Shown: positions 9,686-19,673, counted from the stretch's first letter. The stretch is 64,000 nucleotides of DNA from Patescibacteria group bacterium (GCA_041667185.1 JBAYFM010000002.1:23432-87431), one strand, 5' to 3'. Notes: generated by a model not told the origin, from the sequence alone. Program-made: numbers and translations.

Positions 9686-10366
9686 TCAGGACCGATCCGT
9701 CAGACGGGCGACCCGGGCTTTCAAAGAGGCGGCAACCGGCCAGAGGCGCAGATCCTGCCGCAGATGGGCGTAGATGATGGCGCTCAAGATAGCGGAAAAG
9801 AAACACCACGTGGAATAGAACGCTTCCTGGTAAGCCCACAAGGCCAGCGACAGCGCCCCCATGGCCGCCCAACCGAGAACTCGGATGAATTTATGGCTGG
9901 AGATCAGGCAGGGAAAACAAGTGGCGAACACGTACGCCGCCAGGCCGTACGGGATCGGCGGCAAGGTCATGTCGTAAATGACGCAGCCGGTGGCCAGCGA
10001 AGCTGTGATCGGTCCGCGAACCACGTAAGCAGCCAGCCAGGAGCTGAGCGCGACCCCGAAGATCAGCAGGACCCGGAGCGCTGATTTTCTCCGCCCCGGA
10101 GGCTCCAGCGCGCCGACCGCCAGAGGAACATAGAACGGCCACAGCACGTGGGAGAACATGATGTACACGAAAGCCGCTCCCGTCTGCAACCAGGGTGATC
10201 CGGAAGACAACCAGACGACCCCTTCCACGGCTTGTTGAACGCCGAAAAGCAGCGGCATGGCCGCGAGCGGCAGCTGGGACGCGGACTTGGCTTCACGTAT
10301 CGTCAGGACGCCGACGGCGCCGAGTCCGGCGGCGGCAGCGAAACTGGCCGTAGCTGAAAAACACAT
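9686..10366 (-). CDS. Hypothetical polytopic membrane protein
   Basis: The track ORF (9686-10966) overlaps the plus-strand 10610-11776 gene. It was trimmed to the internal Met MCFSATASFAAAAGLGAVGVL... (cat at 10364-10366). Multiple TM helices; no recognisable motif. Confidence 0.45.
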   Translation of the reverse strand: MCFSATASFAAAAGLGAVGVLTIREAKSASQLPLAAMPLLFGVQQAVEGVVWLSSGSPWLQTGAAFVYIMFSHVLWPFYVPLAVGALEPPGRRKSALRVLLIFGVALSSWLAAYVVRGPITASLATGCVIYDMTLPPIPYGLAAYVFATCFPCLISSHKFIRVLGWAAMGALSLALWAYQEAFYSTWCFFSAILSAIIYAHLRQDLRLWPVAASLKARVARLTDRS

Positions 10367-10609
10367 GGCGGAAGTATGACAGATTTTTGATACATCCGCT
10401 ACTCTGAACCGATTCACTGACGATGACGCGCCAGCTAAAAACCAGCATCGCGCCAGCGATCCGAAAAACTGAAAATGACCGCCGCTAGAAATAACCCAGC
10501 CGGGAGCGGGCGTTAACACGGACTTGAAACTTCCGGGCGGCCCGATTAAGGTTGCGGATAGCGTTCTTTTCACGCGGCCGCCGAAGCGGCTGGAAAGGTT
10601 TGGCTGCCC

Positions 10610-11776
10610 ATGACATCCAAGAAGCGCAGATACGCCCTCGTCGGCGCCGGTCTTCAGGGACAAGCGATCGCTTATGACCTGCTGCAGGATGCGAAAACGT
10701 CCGGTCTGACCATCGTCGACCGCGACCTCGCCGCTCTCAAAGAGATCGGCAAACATCTGCGATGCGGCTCCGATTGCGACCACCGCGTCGCCCTGATCGA
10801 GGCCGACTGCCGCGACCAGCAGGCCATGGCTGAGATCTTCCGCGGCCACGATGTGGTCATCGCCGCGGCGAGCTACGAGCTCAATCTCGGACTCATGCAG
10901 GCTGCTTTCGAAGCCGGCGCCCATTTCTGCGACCTGGGAGGCAACAACGACGTCGTCGAGCGGCAATTCGCCCTGGACGATGAAGCCAAACGGCGTGGCC
11001 TCAAGGCTGTGCCGGACTGCGGCGTGGCCCCCGGAGCGGTCAGCATCATCACGCGCCTCGGGATCGACCGCTTGGGACAGATGCCGGACACGGTCAAGAT
11101 CCGCGTCGGCGGTTTGCCGGCCTCGCCCGAAGGGCTGCTCAAGTACGCGCTAGCCTTTTCGGTGCGCGGCCTGTTCAACGAATGCCTGGAGCCGACCGAG
11201 ATCCTGCGCGGCGGCCAGCTCGTCAAAGTGCCGTCGCTCACCGGACTCGAGCGCCAGCGCTTCGAAGGCTTGGGCGCACTGGAAGCGGCTTTCACTTCCG
11301 GCGGTTCCTCGACGCTCGCCAAAACCTTCGCCGGCCTGATCGAGAACCTCGACTACAAGACCCTGAGGTATCCCGGCCACTGGCGGATCTGGACGATGCT
11401 GCGGGAACTGGGCTATCTCGGCGAACAAGAGATCCTGGTCGACGGCGCAGCGGTCAATCCGCGCCGGCTGTCCGAAGCTCTTTTCGAAAAGATCCTGCCG
11501 CACGCCGTCGAAGATCTGCTGGTGCTTCGGGTCATCCTGAAACACGGCCGACAAGAGGTCCGCTATGACATGATCGACCGCCGCAGCAGCGCGGCCCCCG
11601 GCCACTCGGCCATGCAGCGGACGACCGGCTACTCCGCGGCCATCATCGCCAAGATGCTGGCCACCGGCGAGATCGCCGACCTCGGCGTGCTGCGCCAGGA
11701 ACTCAGCGTTCCGGCCGCGCGTTTCGCCGAAGAATGGCGAGCACGAGGCCTGATCCTGCAGGAGATCATCAAATAG
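10610..11776 (+). CDS. Saccharopine dehydrogenase-family NAD(P)-binding oxidoreductase
   Basis: 388 aa. N-terminal Rossmann motif ALVGAGLQGQAIAYDLL and the saccharopine dehydrogenase-like body (VVIAAASYELNLGLMQAAFEAGAHFCDLGGNNDVVERQFALDDEAKRRG). Confidence 0.8.
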   Translation: MTSKKRRYALVGAGLQGQAIAYDLLQDAKTSGLTIVDRDLAALKEIGKHLRCGSDCDHRVALIEADCRDQQAMAEIFRGHDVVIAAASYELNLGLMQAAFEAGAHFCDLGGNNDVVERQFALDDEAKRRGLKAVPDCGVAPGAVSIITRLGIDRLGQMPDTVKIRVGGLPASPEGLLKYALAFSVRGLFNECLEPTEILRGGQLVKVPSLTGLERQRFEGLGALEAAFTSGGSSTLAKTFAGLIENLDYKTLRYPGHWRIWTMLRELGYLGEQEILVDGAAVNPRRLSEALFEKILPHAVEDLLVLRVILKHGRQEVRYDMIDRRSSAAPGHSAMQRTTGYSAAIIAKMLATGEIADLGVLRQELSVPAARFAEEWRARGLILQEIIK

Positions 11777-11812
11777 ATATCGCGCCGTCCTCACCACGGC
11801 GGCTAAAAACCA

Positions 11813-11839
11813 GACCCCCGGCTTCGGGGGTCTTTTTTT
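11813..11839 (+). terminator. Rho-independent terminator (AGACCCCCGGCTTCGGGGGTCT + T7)
   Basis: A 9-bp GC stem and U-tract immediately after the 10610-11776 stop. Confidence 0.65.
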
Positions 11840-11941
11840 GTCGGCCGACCGATACCCCGCGCCCCCGATGACTTGGTCAACAGGACTTTAAGGTGTATAC
11901 TCACTGCAGATTTATTATTGAAGAGGGAATCAATCAAATCT

Positions 11942-12301
11942 ATGGATTCTTCTAATTCTCCGAGCACGAAACCTCTCTACCGCGGCATCCAGATCGTCTG
12001 GTACATCTTCGGGGCCATTGAAGTCCTGTTGGCGTTCCGTTTTGTCTTGAAGCTATTGGGGGCGAACCCTCTCGCCGGCTTCACCAGTTTTATTTATGGC
12101 GCGACCTACGTTTTTGCCGCTCCCTTCCTCAAGGTCTTCCGGATATCGACAGTGGCGGACAATATCTTTGAATGGACGACGCTTCTGGCGATGTTCGTCT
12201 ACTGGGTGCTGGCCGTCGGCATCATCAAACTGCTCCTGATCGGCAAGACAGTATCGACGCCGGAAGCCGCGGCGAAACTTAACGAACAAGAGAAGAAATA
12301 A
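11942..12301 (+). CDS. YggT-family membrane protein
   Basis: Start at the internal ATG (MDSSNSPSTKPLYRG...); the track ORF begins at an upstream TTG. The characteristic YggT segment WYIFGAIEVLLAFRFVLKLLGANPLAGFTSFIYGATYVFAAPF is present. Confidence 0.7.
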   Translation: MDSSNSPSTKPLYRGIQIVWYIFGAIEVLLAFRFVLKLLGANPLAGFTSFIYGATYVFAAPFLKVFRISTVADNIFEWTTLLAMFVYWVLAVGIIKLLLIGKTVSTPEAAAKLNEQEKK

Positions 12302-12312
12302 GATCAGGATCT

Positions 12313-12654
12313 ATGCGATTACTCATTCGTTGGATCATCGCGGCTCTGGCCATTCTGGCGACAGCCTACGTGCTGCCTGGCGTGACCGTCAGCAGTTTCT
12401 TCGTCGCCATGGTCGTGGCGGCGATGCTCGGCGTCGTGAACGCTTTCATCCGGCCGGTACTGCTTCTACTGACGCTTCCGATCAACATCCTGACCCTGGG
12501 TCTCTTTACCTTCGTCATCAACGCGCTCATGGTCATGCTGGTGGCGAACATCGTCCCCGGATATAAGATCGCGAGTTTCTGGTGGGCGCTGGCGTTCAGC
12601 CTACTGCTCTCGCTGATCATGAACGTACTCGACGGAGTTCTGGAACGCAAGTGA
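12313..12654 (+). CDS. DUF360 / phage-holin-4-like 4-TM membrane protein (YvlD-like)
   Basis: 113 aa. IRWIIAALAILATAYVLPGV...NAFIRPVLLLLTLPINILTLGLFTFVINALMVMLVANIVPGYKI matches the DUF360 architecture. Confidence 0.7.
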   Translation: MRLLIRWIIAALAILATAYVLPGVTVSSFFVAMVVAAMLGVVNAFIRPVLLLLTLPINILTLGLFTFVINALMVMLVANIVPGYKIASFWWALAFSLLLSLIMNVLDGVLERK

Positions 12655-12693
12655 CACCGCCGGGCGGACAGAAACGGCAAAATTCAAGAAACG

Positions 12694-12718
12694 AAAAAGC
12701 CCCGCCAAGGGGCTTTTA
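12694..12718. terminator. Bidirectional terminator hairpin (AAAAGCCCCGCCAAGGGGCTTTT)
   Basis: GC stem flanked by an A-run and a T-run, between the convergent genes 12313-12654 (+) and 12756-13895 (-). Confidence 0.55.
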
Positions 12719-12755
12719 TCGTCGATGGCTCCATGACCGATCGTCCAGCCGTCGA

Positions 12756-13895
12756 TCACTGGAACTGGATGAATGACGGCTGCGGCGTCAGCGTCAGGAT
12801 CTCGGCCGGCGTGAGCAGCCGCGACCCCGGCCGCAAAATATCGTTCTTGTAGAAGAGTTTGAATCCCGTGAATTGCACCGGCTCAGGAGCGATACAGGTA
12901 TTATAAGTGCCGAACTTTTTGGCTTGCGGTCCCCAACCGTCCATGTCCATCACGATCTGCACCTCCGGCAGCGGCGTGATCTTCCGGGCGTTCGTCACCA
13001 TCTCCTTCGTATAACGATGCACCACCAGCACCTTGGGCGGCAAGCCGTTGGTCCGCACCAGTCCGGCCAGATACTCCGCGGCGGCATTCACGTCCGTGGC
13101 GTCCACCGTCCCCACCCGCGTGCCGGGCGGCGCGCCGGTCTTCATGGAAAATTCCGGATCAATGGCCAGATGCACCTGCGGCAGGCGGAGATACGGTTCT
13201 AGAGCCTTGATCTCCCCCATCAGGTCGGCCAAGCCCGGCTCAACCTCCAGAATGACGATGCCGTCGATCTTGGCGGCGATCGCCAGCGCTTTGTCGATCT
13301 GCGCGGGCGGCATGCGCAGCCGATATTTGCCGTCCTTGCCCGCGCTCTGCTGGGCGGTGACGGCGATATAGTCGATGCCCGGCTGCACCGGCGTGGTCGG
13401 ATCAGCGGCCTCCCAGGCCCGTAACTCCTTGGTCAGTTTTTCGATCACCACGGCTTCGGGATACTCGCCGAGCACGCCCATGCCTTTGGAAAGAAAATTG
13501 CCGTAGTAGGCCACGATGCGTTTGAACGGCAGGATGGCGCCGTACTCGGGATAAGCGGCTTTGACCGGCCAGAGTCGGATCTTTTCCGGGGTCTCGGCGG
13601 CGGTATCGGTAGCGGCAGCGGTGACTGCGGTCCCGGCGAGATCAGACAAATGCGCCAACTGCAGCAGTTTGCGGTCATACGCCTCCCGGTCGAGCGTCGG
13701 CTTCGGAGGAACGGGCGCCACCGCAGGATCACCTGCCGCGCCCGGCTGGCCGCTGGCGCTCGAAGACAGATCTACACCCAATATCACCGATCCTAACAGG
13801 ACGCCAAAAACCAAGACCGCTACGAGCGCGATGAATTTTCCGGTCCGCTCGCCCAGAACGCTTTTTATCCTGACCAAATATGATTCAAATGACAT
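12756..13895 (-). CDS. Hypothetical membrane-anchored exported protein, possibly a glycoside-hydrolase-like TIM-barrel lipoprotein (function uncertain)
   Basis: Start set at MSFESYLVRIKSVLGERTGKFIALVAVLVFGVLLG (signal/TM). Mature part contains ...DYIAVTAQQSAGKDGKYRLRMPPAQIDKALAIAAKIDGIVILEVEPG...VLVVHRYTKEMV...MDMDGWGPQAKKFGTY... . No confident family assignment. Confidence 0.5.
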   Translation of the reverse strand: MSFESYLVRIKSVLGERTGKFIALVAVLVFGVLLGSVILGVDLSSSASGQPGAAGDPAVAPVPPKPTLDREAYDRKLLQLAHLSDLAGTAVTAAATDTAAETPEKIRLWPVKAAYPEYGAILPFKRIVAYYGNFLSKGMGVLGEYPEAVVIEKLTKELRAWEAADPTTPVQPGIDYIAVTAQQSAGKDGKYRLRMPPAQIDKALAIAAKIDGIVILEVEPGLADLMGEIKALEPYLRLPQVHLAIDPEFSMKTGAPPGTRVGTVDATDVNAAAEYLAGLVRTNGLPPKVLVVHRYTKEMVTNARKITPLPEVQIVMDMDGWGPQAKKFGTYNTCIAPEPVQFTGFKLFYKNDILRPGSRLLTPAEILTLTPQPSFIQFQ

Positions 13896-13984
13896 AACAA
13901 TCGAACTGTACCTGATGTTCAGCGGCAAAACAATCTGGCCTGCGTCGATCTTGGAGCAGAGGCGCGATGAACGCCGCCGATCTT

Positions 13985-14380
13985 TCACTTCTTATCCGGA
14001 TTTTTATTCGCAATGCTGACTTTGCGGACATAGTAAGGGACGACCAGAGCGTGCCCGGGCGCGTGCCAGACCGCAACCGCCTGGCCAGCCGCGCGGGCCG
14101 CGAATCTTGCAGCGTCCGTTCTGGCGGCACGAGCCGCCGCGTGGGCGGCGAGCGAGAGTTTACGCGTCTCGACCATACTGAGTTCCAGCTTGCCCCGCGC
14201 CCAAGCTTCGATCGCTGCCAGCGCCTGGCGCGGACGATCATCATCAGGATGTTCTTTTTCAAAAACAGGCAGGACCCGTCTGGCTTGGCCGGCGGCCTTG
14301 AGCGCCAACGCCCGATGCACGCGCGAATTCCGCGCCACGGAATGCTGGTCTTTCGGTTTCGGGATCATTCTAGATTTCAT
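13985..14380 (-). CDS. Small Ala/Arg-rich helical protein of unknown function (immunity-protein-like composition)
   Basis: Trimmed to MKSRMIPKPK... (cat at 14378-14380), 12 nt downstream of the helicase stop with an AGGAAG RBS. The tail ...AAIEAWARGKLELSMVETRKLSLAAHAAARAARTDAARFAARAAGQAVAVWHAPGHA... is distinctive. The upstream part of the track ORF overlaps the helicase and was rejected. Confidence 0.45.
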   Translation of the reverse strand: MKSRMIPKPKDQHSVARNSRVHRALALKAAGQARRVLPVFEKEHPDDDRPRQALAAIEAWARGKLELSMVETRKLSLAAHAAARAARTDAARFAARAAGQAVAVWHAPGHALVVPYYVRKVSIANKNPDKK

Positions 14381-14391
14381 GAGAAGCTTCC

Positions 14392-15945
14392 TCAGGCCGC
14401 TTCTTCCTTGACGAGCCCGAGCTTCTTGAGGCGCGAGGCGATGCCGCCGCGCTGCCGCTCGAGACGTCGGGCGATCTCTTTCATCGCCACACCCTCGTTG
14501 AACAGCGCGACCAATTCTTTTTCTTCCCGCTCCGTCCAGCGCGCGTAGGCTTTCGGATGTTTGGCGCGCTGAGCGGCTGCTGAAAGATCTTTCTCTTCCA
14601 CAAGCTTCGTTTTCGCCGCGTCCGGATTTCCGCCACACAAGACAATGAAGCTGCGCTCGGCCGCCGCCCGTTTCTCGGCGGAGACCTGCGTGTCAAATTC
14701 CTCCGCGCCCTGCGACACGGCGCGGAATTCGCCGTCCTGCTCCAGGATAGCAGGATGCACTTCAAGGGCGCGCGCGTTGCAGCCGAGGAGGAACAATCCG
14801 GCCAGCCGGCGGACGCGCGAGAGCGCCACGTAACCCTGGCCGAACTCGAAAGCCGCGCCGAGATCCATGAGAGCGGCGTCAAGGCTCATCCCCTGGCTTT
14901 TATGGACCGTCATCGCCCATGCGAGCCGCAGCGGCACTTGTTTGGTGGACGCGAGGACCCGGCCCTGATCCTCGATCTTCCATTCCATCGGTTCAGCGGC
15001 GATACGCGCGCCGGTGCTGGTCCGGACGAGCGGGAAGCCATTCTCACCGGCCGCGTCGATGACCGTGCCGAGCGTGCCGTTCACGAAGCCGGCCTGCGGA
15101 TTATTCCGCGTGAACATGACGGCCGCCCCCGGCTTGAGCCGCAGCGTTTCCGGCGACAAGCAGCCGCGTTTCAGCGACGTCACGAGCTGCTCGGGCCCCT
15201 TCGTTTCCATCGCAAACACCCGCTCGACGCCAGGCAGCCGCAGCAGCTCCTGTTCGTTGATGCGATCGACGTCGGCATTGTGCGAAAAAAGTTTGACCGC
15301 GCCTTTCGCCGCGCCGACGCGCGCCGCCGCCCGCGATTCGAGGATGCGGAGATGATCCTCGCCTACCGCGTTCGAACGGATCGCCGACAGGACAGAGAGG
15401 AATTCGGGATCATCCTGCCGATACTGCCCGGACAGATAGCAGACGGCGGGCCGGAGTTCCGCCCAGGCGGAAGACCGGAACGCGAATTCCGCCGTCCGGC
15501 CGTCGCGCGCCACCGGCGGCAGCTGGAAAAAATCTCCGACCAGCACCGTCTGCAGGCCGCCGAACGGCATCGGGTTCCGCCTGGTCTCGCGGCATACGGC
15601 ATCCACCATGGCCAGCGTCCGCGCATCCAGCATCGAGACCTCGTCGATGACGAGGATCTTCGCTTTCATGAGGCGCTTGTAGATGCGCTCGTTGCTGGCG
15701 ATGCGGTCGAGGTCGTAGGGCGTCAATTCATCCGCGATCCCGATGCCGCACCACGAATGGATGGTCATGCCGCCGATGTGAGTCGCCGCGATGCCGGTCG
15801 AGGCGGTCAGCGCTGGTTCGATGCCGCGCGCCCGAAGATACGCCACGTACCGGTTGATGGTGTGGGTCTTGCCCGAACCCGGCTCGCCGGTCAGGAACAC
15901 GTTCGCGCCAGTCTTCAATATCGCCAATGCCTGTTCTTGGGTCAT
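14392..15945 (-). CDS. PIF1/RecD-like SF1B DNA helicase with a C-terminal HTH-like tail
   Basis: 517 aa. Walker A GEPGSGKTH, Walker B ILVIDEVSML, PIF1 signature GDFFQLPPV, motif VHKSQGMSLD. C-terminal ...MKEIARRLERQRGGIASRLKKLGL resembles sigma-70 region 4. Confidence 0.85.
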   Translation of the reverse strand: MTQEQALAILKTGANVFLTGEPGSGKTHTINRYVAYLRARGIEPALTASTGIAATHIGGMTIHSWCGIGIADELTPYDLDRIASNERIYKRLMKAKILVIDEVSMLDARTLAMVDAVCRETRRNPMPFGGLQTVLVGDFFQLPPVARDGRTAEFAFRSSAWAELRPAVCYLSGQYRQDDPEFLSVLSAIRSNAVGEDHLRILESRAAARVGAAKGAVKLFSHNADVDRINEQELLRLPGVERVFAMETKGPEQLVTSLKRGCLSPETLRLKPGAAVMFTRNNPQAGFVNGTLGTVIDAAGENGFPLVRTSTGARIAAEPMEWKIEDQGRVLASTKQVPLRLAWAMTVHKSQGMSLDAALMDLGAAFEFGQGYVALSRVRRLAGLFLLGCNARALEVHPAILEQDGEFRAVSQGAEEFDTQVSAEKRAAAERSFIVLCGGNPDAAKTKLVEEKDLSAAAQRAKHPKAYARWTEREEKELVALFNEGVAMKEIARRLERQRGGIASRLKKLGLVKEEAA

Positions 15946-16134
15946 GAGATTCCGGTTGTTAGATGATGAGACCGCGAACGAAATACCACGGAACGGGTTG
16001 CGGCGTCAACTGGGCCGCGGCCCGTGGACGCGAAGCGTCTTTACGGGCTTCACGGAGCGGCTCAAGCGTACACAAATCATGACCGTCTGACCACCGGCTA
16101 AAAAACAGGCACCGCTCGTAGCGCCCGCTTTTTG

Positions 16135-17340
16135 TCATTTTATTTCCGACGGAGCGTTCGCGGTCTTGCGCGCGTGCGCGAAAAACGCGGCGGCCAAGAT
16201 CAAACAGGAAAGCAGCGATCCAGCGGACGAAAGCCGAAAAGCGAACTCCGGCGACACGGCGTCCCAAATATGGCCCAGGCCGTATCCGCCGGCGATCACG
16301 GCGAGACCGGTCAGCGTATAATAGGCGGCGTACGCGGTGCCGCGCGAACCATACGGAACCGCCTCGGCGATAAAAGCGCGGGCGGAGCCCTCGGTCAGGG
16401 CGTAAAAAACGCCGTAGAAACCGAAGAGGACGAGCGATGAGGCGAGCGGAATGCGGAAGGAAAAACCGAACTCCACGGCCGCGAGCGTCAGCCAGCCACC
16501 GACGATGAGCGGCATCTTGCCGATCCTGTCGCTCCAAATGCCGATGGGATAAGACAGCAGCGCATACAGCAGGGTGAAGCCGGCGAAAATGACGGGAACC
16601 CAGACCGGCGGCATGCCCAGATGCCCGGCGCGGACCAGGAATAACGAATCATTGATCTTCGTCAGCATCGCGACAGTGACGCCGCTGGTGAAGATCCAAA
16701 AACTCCAGGGCAGCGCCCGCTGCCCGGCCGCCGGCGCCTGGGCCGGGGCTGATTCACGAATGCCGAAAATGATCAGCGCGAGCGCTACGGCGCCCGGGAT
16801 CACGGCCAGAAAGAAAATTAACCGGTACGACGCGAGCGATGGCGTCAGTATCAGCAGCACTCCGGCCGCGATGAGCGGGCCGATGACGGAGCCAGCCGTG
16901 TCGACGAGCCGGTGGAACCCGAACGCGCGGCCTTTCGTCCCCGCGGCCGCCGAATCCGCGACCAGCGCGTCCCGCGGCGCGTCTTTCGAACCCTTGCCAA
17001 CGCCATCCACGAGCCGTAGTCCGGCGATCGCGCCGAACGACGAGGCGAACCCGAGCAGGGGCCGGGAGACCGATGACAGCGCATACCCCAAGAAAACTAG
17101 GCGCTTGCGGTTGCGGAACTTGTCCGAAAGGATGCCAGAGACCAGGCGGAAAACACTGGTCGAACCCTGCAACAAACCATCGATCAGGCCGATGCCGGCG
17201 GAAGTGAATCCGAGCAGCCCGAGATACGCCGGCAGCACCGGCGTGATGAGATCCTGTCCCAAACCTGAAGCCAGCGCGACGAACGCGATGACCAGGATAT
17301 TGCGCGGGATCTTCGGTTTTTCGCCAGTGGCGTGGTCCAT
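16135..17340 (-). CDS. MFS transporter
   Basis: Trimmed to MDHATGEKPKIPRNILVIAFVALASGLGQDLITPVLPAYL... (cat at 17338-17340). Twelve predicted TM helices. MFS motif region GILSDKFRNRKRLVFLG. Confidence 0.85.
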   Translation of the reverse strand: MDHATGEKPKIPRNILVIAFVALASGLGQDLITPVLPAYLGLLGFTSAGIGLIDGLLQGSTSVFRLVSGILSDKFRNRKRLVFLGYALSSVSRPLLGFASSFGAIAGLRLVDGVGKGSKDAPRDALVADSAAAGTKGRAFGFHRLVDTAGSVIGPLIAAGVLLILTPSLASYRLIFFLAVIPGAVALALIIFGIRESAPAQAPAAGQRALPWSFWIFTSGVTVAMLTKINDSLFLVRAGHLGMPPVWVPVIFAGFTLLYALLSYPIGIWSDRIGKMPLIVGGWLTLAAVEFGFSFRIPLASSLVLFGFYGVFYALTEGSARAFIAEAVPYGSRGTAYAAYYTLTGLAVIAGGYGLGHIWDAVSPEFAFRLSSAGSLLSCLILAAAFFAHARKTANAPSEIK

Positions 17341-17455
17341 GTCTGAATTATAGCATTCCGGTGGCGCCGCCGCACCTGGTAATCGAAGTGAAAATGATCG
17401 TCTTGTCCGTCGAACCGCCATCATTTTCCTGACTGGACGCCGCGAAGCCGCCGCA

Positions 17456-17493
17456 GATAAAAAAGCCCCCGAGTCGCAACGCGACTCAGGGGC
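17456..17493 (-). terminator. Rho-independent terminator for gene 17523-18359
   Basis: Imperfect GC hairpin GCCCCCGAGTCGC-AAC-GCGACTCAGGGGC followed (on the minus strand) by a TTTTTTAT tract. Confidence 0.5.
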
Positions 17494-17522
17494 CAAAGAC
17501 CCGACTTTCACCAGACCGTCTC

Positions 17523-18359
17523 TCATCCATTCCAAGAACTCGCGCTGACCTCCACCGGAGCGATTTCCAGGATCTCGTCCGGATCGACCTTCCAAAGGAC
17601 ATGACTCTCGACTCGCCTGTCCCAATCATATCGGACTTTCCGGCCGTCCACGGCGACAGCCAGCATCATCTGATGATTCCGAGAAAACACCGACGGCTTC
17701 CTGACCCCGTGGTCGGTGTAGTAGACGATGTCGATCTCAGGCACTCTCATCCGCAACAGATAGAAACGCGCGCCTTCTTGCCGCCGGCCGAAATGCCGTC
17801 CGACAGCGATCGCCACATCCCGATGATCCGTGACGGAGATGAACGGCGTCTTCTCATTCTCATGATGAAAATGCCTTTCCGCCAGATTGCGTATCTGCAC
17901 CGACAAGTACCGGCGGTCGAATTCTCCAGCCCGGTCATCCTGGCTGCCCAGATGCGAGGCCAGGCCCGACAAGACGCCACTGCACTTCACTGTCTCCGCG
18001 CCCTCGTCCGTCAGCATCATCCCGCGCCAAACCTCTCGGCAACCCAGCTTCCGCTCTGCGATCTCTCTCGCGGCCAAGCAGCCGGAGCCGTCAGCCGAAA
18101 GTCCGAGAAGCTCGTCCGCTATTTCCGGCAGATGAGTGATGAACCCCGGGTCCAGACTCAGCTGATCCAGGTCGGGCCGCAGTTCCCGGAGCCGGCCATA
18201 AACAGTCGGGATCTCCGGCGTAGTCCAGCCGCCAGTGCTCTTCAGCCAATTCGCGTCGCCGTAGTCCGCGCCGCGGCAGTGTTCGAAGACCGCCATCAAG
18301 AACTGCCGGCGGGTTCCGGCCGTCGCCGAACCAAGGATCGTTGGGAATGTACTGGTCAT
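17523..18359 (-). CDS. Hypothetical cytoplasmic protein (no recognised family)
   Basis: 278-aa ORF with normal codon usage, a terminator downstream and a divergent neighbour upstream. No motif identified. Confidence 0.5.
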   Translation of the reverse strand: MTSTFPTILGSATAGTRRQFLMAVFEHCRGADYGDANWLKSTGGWTTPEIPTVYGRLRELRPDLDQLSLDPGFITHLPEIADELLGLSADGSGCLAAREIAERKLGCREVWRGMMLTDEGAETVKCSGVLSGLASHLGSQDDRAGEFDRRYLSVQIRNLAERHFHHENEKTPFISVTDHRDVAIAVGRHFGRRQEGARFYLLRMRVPEIDIVYYTDHGVRKPSVFSRNHQMMLAVAVDGRKVRYDWDRRVESHVLWKVDPDEILEIAPVEVSASSWNG

Positions 18360-18599
18360 CTTCGCAACCTCCCGGATGGTGACATCCGTCTGAAATATGA
18401 AAAGAACCGTTGAGGATACGGCGAAAACCGGCTTTTGTCAATATATCCGGAAAGGAACGGGGGTTGGCATTTGGACGAGGGATGTCGGATGCCGTGCCTC
18501 GCACCGCGCGCGCCGATTGCGACTGAAGCTTTCGAAATAGGCCGCTCTGCGCATGGTTCAGGCTTGTCACGGCTGCCGGCCTTTGATACGTTCCTGGTC

Positions 18600-19673
18600 A
18601 TGAACACCGCCAAGATACAACAGGTACTCGCCGCCGCCGGGATCAACAAGCCCTACCGCCTGAAGCAGGCCGTGCGCGCCGCCTACCGCGACCTCGTCCC
18701 CTCCTGGGAAGCCGCCGCGGAGCTGCCGCCGGAACTGCGCACCCTGCTCGACCGCGAGGCACCGATCATGTCGCTCACGCTGGAACGCGAGGCGGTCTCC
18801 GCCGACGGCCGCACCGTGAAAGCCGCGCTCAGGACAACGGACGGCAAGACGATCGAAACCGTGCTGATGGCGCACGAAGACGGCCGGCGCACGGTCTGCG
18901 TCTCGTCGCAGGCCGGCTGCGCCATGCGCTGCGCTTTCTGTGCGACCGGCGCGGGCGGCTTCAGCCGCAACCTGACCGCCGAGGAGATCAGCGATCAGGT
19001 CCTGCACTTCGCCCGCCGTCACGTCGTTCGCGAACGACGTGACGCTGCCTCCGCTGTAGACAAGAAGACCGTCACCAATGTGGTCGTGATGGGCATGGGC
19101 GAACCGATGAACAATTACGACGCCGTGCTGGCCGCCATCCGCGAACTCAACCGCGCTGACGGGCTCGGCATCGGCATCCGGCATTTCACTGTTTCCACCT
19201 GCGGCGTGGTCCCGGGCATCGAGCGCTTCGCGACGGAGCCGGAGCCGCTGAACCTCGCCGTCTCGCTCCACGCGCCGAACCAGGCCCTGCGCGAACGGAT
19301 CATGCCGGTCGCCGCCGCCTACCCGCTCGACCAGCTTCTGGCCGCCTGCCGCGCGTACGTCGAGCAGACCGGCCGCAAGATATTTTTCGAGTACCTGTTG
19401 CTCGATGGCGTGAACGACGGCGACGAACAGGCCGACGAGCTGGCGCGGATCATGGACCACGAGCTCTATCACGTGAACCTAATCAAATACCACGCGACCG
19501 GCGCTTTCCGCGCCTCGCCGCCGGAGCGCTGCCGCGCTTTCCAGCGCCGGCTCTGGGACCAGCACCGCGTGCCCGTGACTTTCCGCGTCGACTTCGGCGA
19601 AGACATCAGCGCCGCCTGCGGGCAATTGGCGGGACAGAAACCGAAAGACCAACCCCGAGGCGCAGCGGTGTGA
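18600..19673 (+). CDS. rlmN: 23S rRNA (adenine2503-C2)-methyltransferase RlmN (radical SAM; RlmN/Cfr family)
   Basis: Start at the internal Met MNTAKIQQVLAAAGINKPYRLKQAVRAAY. Radical-SAM Cys triad CAMRCAFC, plus MGMGEPMNNYD, LAVSLHAPNQALRERIMP and the C-terminal catalytic Cys region GEDISAACGQLA. Confidence 0.9.
   Translation: MNTAKIQQVLAAAGINKPYRLKQAVRAAYRDLVPSWEAAAELPPELRTLLDREAPIMSLTLEREAVSADGRTVKAALRTTDGKTIETVLMAHEDGRRTVCVSSQAGCAMRCAFCATGAGGFSRNLTAEEISDQVLHFARRHVVRERRDAASAVDKKTVTNVVVMGMGEPMNNYDAVLAAIRELNRADGLGIGIRHFTVSTCGVVPGIERFATEPEPLNLAVSLHAPNQALRERIMPVAAAYPLDQLLAACRAYVEQTGRKIFFEYLLLDGVNDGDEQADELARIMDHELYHVNLIKYHATGAFRASPPERCRAFQRRLWDQHRVPVTFRVDFGEDISAACGQLAGQKPKDQPRGAAV

Noticed and set aside
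9686-10966. Full-length 426-aa minus ORF
   Set aside because: Its 5' 200 codons overlap the plus-strand saccharopine dehydrogenase gene and the intergenic region. It was trimmed to the internal Met at 10366, where the hydrophobic membrane protein begins.
14755-15966. 403-aa plus-strand ORF antisense to the PIF1 helicase
   Set aside because: Shadow ORF. The helicase motifs are unambiguous on the minus strand.
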